Shown: piece after piece, positions 28,027 through 36,788 of the stretch
Position numbering within the stretch: the first letter of the stretch is position 1
How the letters are laid out: each line of letters starts with the position of its first letter
Virus record (IMG/VR): IMGVR_UViG_3300030376_006484
Span: 22,151-86,150 of that record
Reading direction: 5' to 3' (one strand)
Source of the DNA: a virus
Taxonomy: Duplodnaviria; Caudoviricetes
DNA length: 64,000 nt
Translations under genes and position numbers: made by a program
The notes under the pieces: generated by a model
Seen by the model: the letters and a program-made list of their open reading frames with translations, nothing else
Database searches by the model: none
Told to the model about the DNA's origin: nothing

Positions 28027-30495
28027 ATGCCCTCTACAGGTTTAACTATCGGGAAAGTCAAAGCCCCCGTTTCCGACGAAATACTACATCTGTTTGAGAA
28101 GGTTAGAGTATCTTATCTATCTGCAAAGGAAGATAAGAAAGAATACGGTGGTCGTTGGAGAAACACACTAGAAGAAATAAGCGAAGCATTTGATTCAATT
28201 TCTCCTTTGGGTAAAGAAATTAATGTTTTCTTAGACGAAAGGCATTTAGAAGATAATGATTCTAAAGACCCCGAAAGCACTACTGCTAGAATTATTTACG
28301 AAGCCATTAAAGATATGCGTTTCAAATCGGAAGAAGTAGAAGACCCCTTCGCTGACCGATTCAAAGGTAATGTGTTAGAAGCATTACTATCCGATGTTGG
28401 TACAATGGTCAAATTTATTCATTATGCTATTCGTTCCGATGAGAAAGCCTTACCTGCTGATTTCTACAAATCTAAAGAATTACAAGAAGATGAAATTACT
28501 GATGGATTGGAAGGACTTGATTTAGTAGTTGATGATGTTCCTTTGTTTATCATTGAGCATTATGGTGACGATAAGGATTCTAAGAAGGTGGAAGCACAAT
28601 TCAAAAAAGCAAATAAGATACTAGAAGAAATGATGCTATCAAATTCTTCGGAAGAAGATTTAGAAGAATTAGTAGAGGTTGATTTAGAAAAGGCCGAGAA
28701 AACTGAAAAGGCATCTTCTCAATTTATTGTTCCTAACAAACCCATGTACCGAATCTTTGACATTGATGACATGAATGAATTGAAAGGGTTTAGTGGAGAA
28801 TATGTTGTCCAAGAAAAATATGATGGTATGCGAATACAGATTCATAAAATAGATGACAAAATCAAAATCTACTCCTATAATGAAAAGGACATTACAGACA
28901 AGTGTTCCGAACAGGTCAAGGAATTACAGAAAAAGGCATACGGTGATTGTATCCTTGATGCTGAGTTAATTTTGTTTGATGGAGAGAAAGCCCTCCATAG
29001 GGCAGATACAATAGCCCATGTTTTCAAGAATAAGTACAAAGAGGCTAGACTAAGAGCGCATGTTTTTGATATTATGAGACATGAGGCTCAAAACCTTACA
29101 GAAGAACCCCTAAGAGATAGAATCAACATACTGTTCAACAATTATTCTTCCAAGTCTTCTTCGGATTTGGTTTACCCTTCAAAGAAAGATACTCGCATTG
29201 CTGACTCTCTAAAAGATATAGCAGAATACGCAGAAGAGATTATGGAAATGCCTACTTCGGAAGGAGTAGTCATTAAAGATATTGAATCCACTTACTTTAT
29301 TGGTACTAAGAAAAACCCCAAGTGGGTTAAGTGGAAGAAGTTTGTAGATTTAGATATGGTCGTTCTAGACAAGAAATCTACTAAGTCCGGTCTTTACTCT
29401 TACACTTTAGGAGCAGGGCCAGTTGATGATGAGGACGAAGGTAAGCACATTGTTGAACAGAACGATAGAAAATACATGAATGTTGGTAAGGCACTTAATA
29501 CTAAGATTAATGCAAAGGTCGGCCAAATTATTAGAGTCAAAGTAGATGAGGTAAGAGAGGATAATGGTAGGTTTACTCTTTACTCGGCTAAGGTTATTGA
29601 AATACCCGAAGTTGAATTACCCGACAAAATAGTAACTTTACAAATGCTTTCTCAAGATACTAAACCTAGTATTAAATACAAAACTATGGCTTTGAAAAAA
29701 GGAATAACAATCAGTGATGGAATTCACGGCACTGCAACTTTGATTGCTAAAAGCATGGATGGCTTTACTTTGTACGGATTTAAAGAAACTAATCTTATGG
29801 CTAAGAATGCAATTCATGATTTAGATATGTGGAAAAAGGAAGCAGAAGAAACTATGAAAAGTCTACAATCGGAAATATATGTGGGAGTTATCAATCTAAT
29901 AAAAAGAAAGGGGCCACAACCAATAACAGAGGTACATGACTTCTTGATTAGGAATTATGGTAGCCAATACGAAACAGTATTAGAAAGCGATAAGAAAGAA
30001 CTACCCGATTGGTTGAACCGTAGGGAAGACATATCAATATCCAACGGTAAGGTTTCAATTGACGATTCTAAAATAATTAAAGAGAAGCCTTCTCAATTTA
30101 AAATTTATTTGAGAAAGGACGGCAACCTTAATTTTTCAGTACAGCATAAAGAAGAATTATTGATGTGGACTATTGATTTAGAAACTGATGATGATATATT
30201 CGCATTGTTTGGTAAAGCAGTAAAGTATCCTGCGGAAATATCCGAGCAACAAGATACTCATAAATTAATAGACGAAGGAGATGTAGAGGTAGGTGTTCAA
30301 AGGCATGGATACCATGAGTACATTTTAGACGGTAATAAGTTTGAGACTAAATTACATTTCCGAGTAGTAGATATTAAGGATAAGGAAAGTTGGGTTGCTT
30401 GGACAGGATATGAGCAAAAACCTGTAGATAAAGATACAGACGAAGGCGTTTGGAATATCTATGAAGATAAGTACAAAACTCTAAAATTAGAATAA
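28027..30495 (+). CDS. lig: ATP-dependent DNA ligase with N- and C-terminal extensions
   Basis: Motif I QEKYDGMR, III LDAE, IIIa VFDI, IV EGVVIK, V WVKWKK; OB-like domain. Confidence 0.9.
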   Translation: MPSTGLTIGKVKAPVSDEILHLFEKVRVSYLSAKEDKKEYGGRWRNTLEEISEAFDSISPLGKEINVFLDERHLEDNDSKDPESTTARIIYEAIKDMRFKSEEVEDPFADRFKGNVLEALLSDVGTMVKFIHYAIRSDEKALPADFYKSKELQEDEITDGLEGLDLVVDDVPLFIIEHYGDDKDSKKVEAQFKKANKILEEMMLSNSSEEDLEELVEVDLEKAEKTEKASSQFIVPNKPMYRIFDIDDMNELKGFSGEYVVQEKYDGMRIQIHKIDDKIKIYSYNEKDITDKCSEQVKELQKKAYGDCILDAELILFDGEKALHRADTIAHVFKNKYKEARLRAHVFDIMRHEAQNLTEEPLRDRINILFNNYSSKSSSDLVYPSKKDTRIADSLKDIAEYAEEIMEMPTSEGVVIKDIESTYFIGTKKNPKWVKWKKFVDLDMVVLDKKSTKSGLYSYTLGAGPVDDEDEGKHIVEQNDRKYMNVGKALNTKINAKVGQIIRVKVDEVREDNGRFTLYSAKVIEIPEVELPDKIVTLQMLSQDTKPSIKYKTMALKKGITISDGIHGTATLIAKSMDGFTLYGFKETNLMAKNAIHDLDMWKKEAEETMKSLQSEIYVGVINLIKRKGPQPITEVHDFLIRNYGSQYETVLESDKKELPDWLNRREDISISNGKVSIDDSKIIKEKPSQFKIYLRKDGNLNFSVQHKEELLMWTIDLETDDDIFALFGKAVKYPAEISEQQDTHKLIDEGDVEVGVQRHGYHEYILDGNKFETKLHFRVVDIKDKESWVAWTGYEQKPVDKDTDEGVWNIYEDKYKTLKLE

Positions 30496-30504
30496 AAATC
30501 CGAT

Positions 30505-30520
30505 AAGGCTATATAGTCAA
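30505..30520 (+). promoter_or_regulatory. archaeal TATA-like promoter (AAGGCTATATAG) upstream of the protease/capsid operon
   Basis: About 25 nt upstream of the start codon, consistent with a leaderless transcript. Confidence 0.5.
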
Positions 30521-30535
30521 TTATAGAACGAAGGT

Positions 30536-31714
30536 TTGAGTAATATGTCGCCAATCATTAAGGCGCAACGATTTGATGACTTTCAAATAATCAAAAGCGA
30601 CGAATTAATGATAGGTGGATATGCTTCTATTGAAATGGTAGATAAACAAAATGATTTGATTACCTTAAAATCACTTAAAGAAGCAGTAAACAAATTTATG
30701 GAACAAAAAAACTTCCGAAATGTAATGACAAACCACTCAAATGTCCAAGTAGGAGAAGTAGTAGAAAATTACCGAGACTCAAATGGAAGACTATGGAAAA
30801 CCGAAGTAGATGATGTAGGATTTTTTGTAGTAATTAAATTAAGGGACGACATAGAAAAAGCCAAAGAAATAGGCAGAGGAATTCGCAAGGGAACATTAAG
30901 GTCTTTTAGCATTGGAGGACAAGCATTACAGAAAGTAAAAAAGCGCAGTGAAGAGTTAGGCGAATTTAGTGAAATTAGCAAACTTGAATTGCACGAAGTA
31001 ACAATCTGTGAAAAAGGAATAAATCCCGAAGCGAAATTTGACATACTCAAACAAGAGGTGACTAACATGAATAAATTGGAAAAAGCATTGGCGGAATTGG
31101 ATACACTTCTAGAAGAAGTGAACACTCTCCGTAAAGAAGAAGAAGAAGCCCCCGAAATGGAAAACATGGCGGGAGACGAAGAAGAAATGATGGGCGGAGA
31201 ATATATGGATGATACCCGTAAGGCTCCTACTGCTACGCTTGACGGCGGCTCTGTAGAAACAGGTGAACCTGCTGAAAGAGTTGTTGTAAGCGGTGGAAAA
31301 CCAACAGGTTCTTCACAAGCAGAAGAAGAAGGTATGGTTTCAAAAGCATTCGGTAACGGAGAATTTGATACTCTAAACCTTTCCCCCGAAAACATTGAAA
31401 AGGCTTATGCTCAGTTTAGAGCAGAGCAAATGGAAAAACTTGCATACGATAATTTGCAAGACTCCTTCACTAAGAGATTTGCTAGTGAAGTTACTAACCG
31501 TGAAGAAATGGTTGCAAAGTCCGAGTACGATGCACAATCAGAAATCACTGCTCTCCGTGAGCAATTTAGTGACCTTCGTAAGTCTTTGACAGAAGGAACA
31601 GAAGAAATTCGCAAGGCCAACGAAGCCGCACAAGAAGTTAAGGTGCTTTCCCTAGAGGAAGTTGCTGACATGGATTGGAGCGACATTCACAAGATGGTTA
31701 GCGGAAATATTTGA
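30536..31714 (+). CDS. HK97-type prohead protease fused to a coiled-coil scaffold
   Basis: IGGYAS..VDKQND, HSN..VG, SFSIGG, LHEVTIC..GINPEA; acidic coiled-coil C-terminal half. Confidence 0.88.
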   Translation: MSNMSPIIKAQRFDDFQIIKSDELMIGGYASIEMVDKQNDLITLKSLKEAVNKFMEQKNFRNVMTNHSNVQVGEVVENYRDSNGRLWKTEVDDVGFFVVIKLRDDIEKAKEIGRGIRKGTLRSFSIGGQALQKVKKRSEELGEFSEISKLELHEVTICEKGINPEAKFDILKQEVTNMNKLEKALAELDTLLEEVNTLRKEEEEAPEMENMAGDEEEMMGGEYMDDTRKAPTATLDGGSVETGEPAERVVVSGGKPTGSSQAEEEGMVSKAFGNGEFDTLNLSPENIEKAYAQFRAEQMEKLAYDNLQDSFTKRFASEVTNREEMVAKSEYDAQSEITALREQFSDLRKSLTEGTEEIRKANEAAQEVKVLSLEEVADMDWSDIHKMVSGNI

Positions 31715-31725
31715 GGTGATTAAGC

Positions 31726-33057
31726 ATGACATATATTAACACAATTAGAGATTTAGAGGCGGCAACATACGGAGTACCTGCATTTGGAGGAAATTCCCTC
31801 CTTAAGCAAGCAGGAGTCGTACAAGGATTACACACAGCACACGATATTGCGGGTACTGCGGCGGCAGGAACAACTTCCGTTACTTCTACCGGAATGTATA
31901 ATGTACTATACGGACAGAAAGTTTGGTCAATGCTTAACAGAGAAGTTAATGCTTTGGCTATGCTATCAAAGCGACCTTACACTTCAAGCGGTTGGAGAAT
32001 TCTTAAGAGCCGACCCTTTGGTGGTAGTGCATCAGTTCTTGATTTGCGAAGTGACGGTAGTAGCGGTGGAATTGGTTCCGACCAACCTAATGCAGATGAA
32101 ATCGGTGGTGTTCGTGAAAATGCGGCACTTTCTACTGCGGCTGACGGTCTAGGAAGCATGGCTCCTACCTACGCTCAACTCTTTATGAGTCCTAAGACGA
32201 TTGCTCACCAATTTGATATATCGGAATTGGCTATGGAAATGGCTCAAATTGACGATGGTTTGGGAGATATTCGTGCTATTATCCGTGAAGACATGGGTAA
32301 GGCTCACGCAGAAGCACAAAACAAGATGCTCGTTATGCCTTTTGAATTCTATGGAGAAGTGTCTGCTCTTGCTGATATTGAGAACAATTATACCTCGCTC
32401 CTTAAGATTGTCTCTAACCGAGATGAAATACTTGCTATGGATAATAGCGTTCTTTGTACTGATGTGGCTAGTGCTTCTAACAATCTAGGTAAAATCTACG
32501 GTGATGAGAGACACACTGCCGCTTCTTTCCTAGATGCAGAAGTAGACTTCAACAGCAGTTATGCGGCATCTTCGGTTCGCCCACTAACTTTGACTTTGCT
32601 TAACGCTATGATTAGAAACTTGCGTATTGCCGGTGGTTCACCAAAGGTTATCCTAACAGGATACGATACCATCCAAGCAATTGCTGACTTGCTACAATCC
32701 CAAGAGCGATTCATGGACAGAAAGGAAATTGTTCCTACTGTTAATGGTGTTCGTGGAATTAAGGGAGCAGAAGTTGGATTCCGTGTTGCAACATACTACG
32801 ACATTCCTCTCATCCCTGTTAAGGAAATGAGTGGAACCCGTAACGCTTCCGATAGTGGAATTAGTGACTTGTTGTTCCTTGATACTGACCATTTGTGGCT
32901 TTCTGTTATGAAGCCTACACAATACTTTGAAGATGGTATTTCCAATGGAAACCCATTCGGTGTTGGTCGTCTAGGAAACCAAGCCCTTTACCGTACCATC
33001 GGTGAAACAGGTTGTTCCTTCTTCCGTGGACAAGGTAAAATCACGAATGTGGCTTGA
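31726..33057 (+). CDS. major capsid protein (HK97 fold)
   Basis: 443 aa directly after the protease; GAGGTGA RBS; PKTIAH..ISEL, YYDIPLIP, LFLDT patterns. Confidence 0.85.
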   Translation: MTYINTIRDLEAATYGVPAFGGNSLLKQAGVVQGLHTAHDIAGTAAAGTTSVTSTGMYNVLYGQKVWSMLNREVNALAMLSKRPYTSSGWRILKSRPFGGSASVLDLRSDGSSGGIGSDQPNADEIGGVRENAALSTAADGLGSMAPTYAQLFMSPKTIAHQFDISELAMEMAQIDDGLGDIRAIIREDMGKAHAEAQNKMLVMPFEFYGEVSALADIENNYTSLLKIVSNRDEILAMDNSVLCTDVASASNNLGKIYGDERHTAASFLDAEVDFNSSYAASSVRPLTLTLLNAMIRNLRIAGGSPKVILTGYDTIQAIADLLQSQERFMDRKEIVPTVNGVRGIKGAEVGFRVATYYDIPLIPVKEMSGTRNASDSGISDLLFLDTDHLWLSVMKPTQYFEDGISNGNPFGVGRLGNQALYRTIGETGCSFFRGQGKITNVA

Positions 33058-33067
33058 GGTGTTTTAA

Positions 33068-33433
33068 TTGACAGAAGAAGTTTACACAGTTGCGCTTTTA
33101 GCCGACCATAAAGGGCAGACCCGCCCTAGTGTTATTGGTGATGAATACATGGTAGATGCTATGATTGATGTTTCTACATACGATGCTTCCGGTGTTGTAC
33201 TTAGTGCATCCGATTTTGGATTGGCTAAAATAACTGCAATCTGCAACACAGGAATAGCAAATGTTCTATTCTATCCAACCTTCGTCATGAGTGGTACTAC
33301 AGGAGCCTATACTAGCGACAGTAGCGTTACAATGTTAATTGTGCAAAACCTACAGGCTACACCTGCCGAGGTTGCAGACGGAGGTACACACTCCGGTATG
33401 CAATTTAGAGTCCGAGTTTGGGGAAATATTTGA
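33068..33433 (+). CDS. putative capsid decoration or structural protein
   Basis: Beta-rich, directly after the MCP, same GAGGTG RBS. Confidence 0.55.
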   Translation: MTEEVYTVALLADHKGQTRPSVIGDEYMVDAMIDVSTYDASGVVLSASDFGLAKITAICNTGIANVLFYPTFVMSGTTGAYTSDSSVTMLIVQNLQATPAEVADGGTHSGMQFRVRVWGNI

Positions 33434-33442
33434 GGTGGTCTT

Positions 33443-33793
33443 TTGGCTACTATCCAATTAAGTGAAACTTGTTGGGCAGATTCTCTAAAACTACAAGGAA
33501 GAGAAGGAAAATTTGAAGTGACAAAGGCTGAGTCTACAAAAGTCTCGGCCTTTGTTGCCTCTCATTATTACGGCGGTAGAAATGTCGTAGTGGTTTTTTC
33601 CGAATCGGATAGAGTAGAATTAGAATCTTTGCCGGAAAGAGAATCTACTATGCTTAGTGTTGCATTAAGGTGCGAACCTAATGAAGTAGTAGGTATCTTG
33701 CTTCCTAAAAAGAAATCAAAGCCTAAGAAGGTCACTAAACCAAAGAAAACCACGCCTAAGAAAGACAAAAAGGCACAAGAAGTTACTAAGTGA
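33443..33793 (+). CDS. hypothetical protein with Lys-rich tail
   Basis: GAGGTGG RBS. Confidence 0.65.
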   Translation: MATIQLSETCWADSLKLQGREGKFEVTKAESTKVSAFVASHYYGGRNVVVVFSESDRVELESLPERESTMLSVALRCEPNEVVGILLPKKKSKPKKVTKPKKTTPKKDKKAQEVTK

Positions 33794-33844
33794 AGGCCAA
33801 AACCTTCATTAAGACATTGACTCTAGCAATAGATAAGTGATACT

Positions 33845-34168
33845 ATGCCCGACGCTTCAAGGTCAAGTGGTGTTCTCGCAGGAGACACAATAATTTGTAA
33901 AAACGCATGTAATTTGAAAAGTATTCATATTACTTGTACTGTAGGTGGCTCCGACGAATACATTCTAAAGATTTTTGATTCTAAGGATGCTACTCTAACA
34001 GGTAATACTGAATTAGCAAGATTTGTTTTTAAAGGCCATACAGGGGCCATTAATGTAGAATATGACATGCATGGTGTTTTGGCTAGAGAAGGACTATTTG
34101 CACAATTGACTCAACCTATTCCACCAAATGCCGCATCTCAATGTGCTTTCTCAGTGGAGTTTAATTGA
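33845..34168 (+). CDS. small beta-rich structural protein
   Basis: 107-aa ORF. Confidence 0.65.
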   Translation: MPDASRSSGVLAGDTIICKNACNLKSIHITCTVGGSDEYILKIFDSKDATLTGNTELARFVFKGHTGAINVEYDMHGVLAREGLFAQLTQPIPPNAASQCAFSVEFN

Positions 34169-34177
34169 GGCGGTACA

Positions 34178-34576
34178 ATGGCGGCACTTAACACCGACAC
34201 TAGGCTAATCATGACTATTCTTTTTGTAGGGGTAGTTAGTGGGGCAAATGTTTTCTTTTATGCACAATATGGTACTAACTTTCCATACACGCACTTAGCA
34301 CATGGGGTTCTATTTGGGCTTATTACAGTGGGTGCTATTTTAATTATGAAGGCTCTCAATGATTTATTCTTAAATGATTACATAGAGCAAGGACTTCTAG
34401 ATAGAAGAATTGAGGCTTATTGGAAACTTAAGAACAAGGAAGAACAACAAAGAAAGAGAATGCAAGATTCTCTAAAGACCTTCCAAACAGACTACAATAC
34501 TACTAGAGTACCGGAAATTGCTACTTATAACGCAGAAGACGGCATAGGAAATGAATTTTTAGCCACCTTACAGTGA
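34178..34576 (+). CDS. membrane protein (two predicted TM helices plus coiled coil)
   Basis: Hydrophobic LIMTILFVGVVSGANVFFY and GVLFGLITVGAILIM. Confidence 0.75.
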   Translation: MAALNTDTRLIMTILFVGVVSGANVFFYAQYGTNFPYTHLAHGVLFGLITVGAILIMKALNDLFLNDYIEQGLLDRRIEAYWKLKNKEEQQRKRMQDSLKTFQTDYNTTRVPEIATYNAEDGIGNEFLATLQ

Positions 34577-34585
34577 GGTGGTTAA

Positions 34586-34804
34586 GTGGTCTTGAGCGAC
34601 TTAATGGGTTTTTCCGACTCGGATTATGCGTACAATCAACAGAGAGCGCATTCTGCTGATATGTTCTTTATGAGAATGAGGGCATGGTTTTGGGGTTCTT
34701 GTGTTGGCTTGTCTTGTTTATTAATAGGAAATATCATGGGTGTTTTTGATATAAATATCATGGGTTGGCTAATAGACAAAGTAACAGGTTTATGGAGTCA
34801 TTAA
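34586..34804 (+). CDS. small membrane protein
   Basis: Hydrophobic AWFWGSCVGLSCLLIGNIMGVF; GAGGTGG RBS. Confidence 0.7.
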   Translation: MVLSDLMGFSDSDYAYNQQRAHSADMFFMRMRAWFWGSCVGLSCLLIGNIMGVFDINIMGWLIDKVTGLWSH

Positions 34805-34805
34805 A

Positions 34806-35468
34806 ATGTCAGTAATGACAGGCTTTGCTATTCTTTTAGGAGAAGCAGTGATAGGGTTTTACAAGAAAATACATGCAATTAATTTTGGAGTATACGGAGC
34901 AACAATGGTAGGTAAAACTACTTTACATCATCAGTTAAGGACTAGAGGCGAAGTCCCTCAAATAAAAGAAAGAACAGTAGGAGTCCATAGACCAACAAGA
35001 AAAACAGTAAAAATAGACGGTGATGTTCATACCTTAAAGACTGCTGATATGGGGGGCGAGTCTATTTATTGGCGACAATGGCTTAGAGATATAAAAAAAA
35101 GAAGAGTCAAATACATTATTTTTCTTATTGACCATAGACATTTAGATAGCCAAGCAAATTTAGACCATCAACTAGCATGGAAGTTTTTGGTAGATGGTAT
35201 TTGTTCAACCACTTGGCCTAATGGAAAAAAGAAAAAAACAGAAGAATACCCTTTGGCGATAGGTCTTTGGGCTAATAAGTATGATATGTGGGGAAAAAAA
35301 TACAAACATGATGGTGATATAGAAGACCATCCTATCTTTGAACCATTTCATTATGGTATGCAAAAACTAAATGAACGAGGGATTCCCACATTCAAATACA
35401 TAGTATCGGCTAAGTCGCAACCGGAGATGGTTTATCGTGGCGTTACAACAATGATAAAGGATTATTGA
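34806..35468 (+). CDS. Ras-superfamily (Arf-like) small GTPase
   Basis: G1 GATMVGKT, G2 T, G3 DMGG, G4 NKYD, G5 SAK; IIFLID strand; hydrophobic N-terminal helix. Confidence 0.85.
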   Translation: MSVMTGFAILLGEAVIGFYKKIHAINFGVYGATMVGKTTLHHQLRTRGEVPQIKERTVGVHRPTRKTVKIDGDVHTLKTADMGGESIYWRQWLRDIKKRRVKYIIFLIDHRHLDSQANLDHQLAWKFLVDGICSTTWPNGKKKKTEEYPLAIGLWANKYDMWGKKYKHDGDIEDHPIFEPFHYGMQKLNERGIPTFKYIVSAKSQPEMVYRGVTTMIKDY

Positions 35469-35473
35469 TTAAT

Positions 35474-36106
35474 ATGTACCAACAACCGAATTTGATAGGG
35501 GCGCAATCACCACAAACAGGCAACTTGTTTTTGTCGCCTTTAATGCAAGCAAGAGCAAGTGGCCCTGTAGAAGAATATAAGTTTAAGAATATTAAACCTA
35601 AAAAGAAGTTAAAGGAAATCAAGCAAGTACTAATGGCCGAAAAAAAGAAATTTTTGTTTATTAGATATGGATTTAAATTTAATTTAAAGGAACGGTGTGT
35701 TGTTTGTGGAGCGCATAAAGTATGGGAGTCGGGGGATTATATGCGGCCTCCTATCCCTTTGACCCATGTAGAAAAGGGTCGTCCTATGCGAGGAACATAT
35801 TGCGATAAGCATTCGGCAACACATAAACAAATGGAAATGTTACAACAACAAATACTAGCAGAAGAACACGGTCTTGATTTTAAAGCATTTATTCCTAGAC
35901 CAAGAATGCCCCAAGTTTTATCTAAGGGGCCGCTTACCACACTATCACAGGCAGATGTAGTTTCGCTAACTTCGGCAGGATGGATACTAAAACCCCCTAC
36001 TAATAAAACAGAAGAAACACCCCCCGAAGAAGTAGTTAGACTATCACAAGAAATGCGAACATCATTAGAAAGAATGCAGTTTTTAATAGAAGGAAAGGGT
36101 GAATAA
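35474..36106 (+). CDS. zinc-finger, Pro-rich protein
   Basis: CVVC...CDKH; RPPIP and PRPRMP. Confidence 0.7.
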   Translation: MYQQPNLIGAQSPQTGNLFLSPLMQARASGPVEEYKFKNIKPKKKLKEIKQVLMAEKKKFLFIRYGFKFNLKERCVVCGAHKVWESGDYMRPPIPLTHVEKGRPMRGTYCDKHSATHKQMEMLQQQILAEEHGLDFKAFIPRPRMPQVLSKGPLTTLSQADVVSLTSAGWILKPPTNKTEETPPEEVVRLSQEMRTSLERMQFLIEGKGE

Positions 36107-36779
36107 CATGGTATTTGGAACAAGTAATGGAACAGTATTAAGTGCGGTAAACGCTCAAAACGACCAACAATTCAAGAATGTAAATAATCTACTATCTTTA
36201 CAAGATAACCATGTGGAAGAATTCTTTCAATATCATGGCTCTCAGTTTTTAGGAGCATTAGAAAAACTAATGGAAGATGTTACAGAAAGAGTAGTAAGTC
36301 AAATGTTGGCTAAATTAGAATTTGTTCAAGATTCTACTACAGGTAAAACCACTGTTCACCCCGATTGTTTAAGAGAATATGAAAAGATTACTGCTGAAAA
36401 TATTCAATTAGATATTAATGCAATTCTTCATTCTGCGGTTGATACAGAAGTAATCAACCAAAGAAAGATGGCTAAGAAACAGTATTTAGAATCACAAGGA
36501 TTTGCTTCCCCTCAACAAGGATACCAACAAGCGATGGCTCCATCAGCAGGTGTGGCTATAGCCGGAGTGACAGGACAAACTCAACAATATAACCAAGTGC
36601 AAGGCGCAGTAAATAATGGTAGTGGGTATCCAATACCACCAAGCGGGACAGATGGATACGGTAGGCCGTTTTGGGTAGACCCACAAACAGGGCAAACTAG
36701 TTACGAGCCTCCTAAAAGTGGATTGCATTTAGGCTCTGCTATCCAAAAGGGTGCGGCATGGGCCAAGTGGTTAATGTGA
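36099..36779 (+). CDS. helical protein with C-terminal WW-like segment
   Basis: IPPSGTDGYGRPFWVDPQTGQTSYEPP; ends in amphipathic GAAWAKWLM. Confidence 0.7.
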   Translation: MNNMVFGTSNGTVLSAVNAQNDQQFKNVNNLLSLQDNHVEEFFQYHGSQFLGALEKLMEDVTERVVSQMLAKLEFVQDSTTGKTTVHPDCLREYEKITAENIQLDINAILHSAVDTEVINQRKMAKKQYLESQGFASPQQGYQQAMAPSAGVAIAGVTGQTQQYNQVQGAVNNGSGYPIPPSGTDGYGRPFWVDPQTGQTSYEPPKSGLHLGSAIQKGAAWAKWLM

Positions 36780-36788
36780 GGATTGTAA

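Noticed and set aside
30769-31395. 208-aa minus-strand Ser-rich ORF
   Set aside because: Shadow of the Glu-rich protease-scaffold gene; the same applies to most short antisense ORFs in the track.
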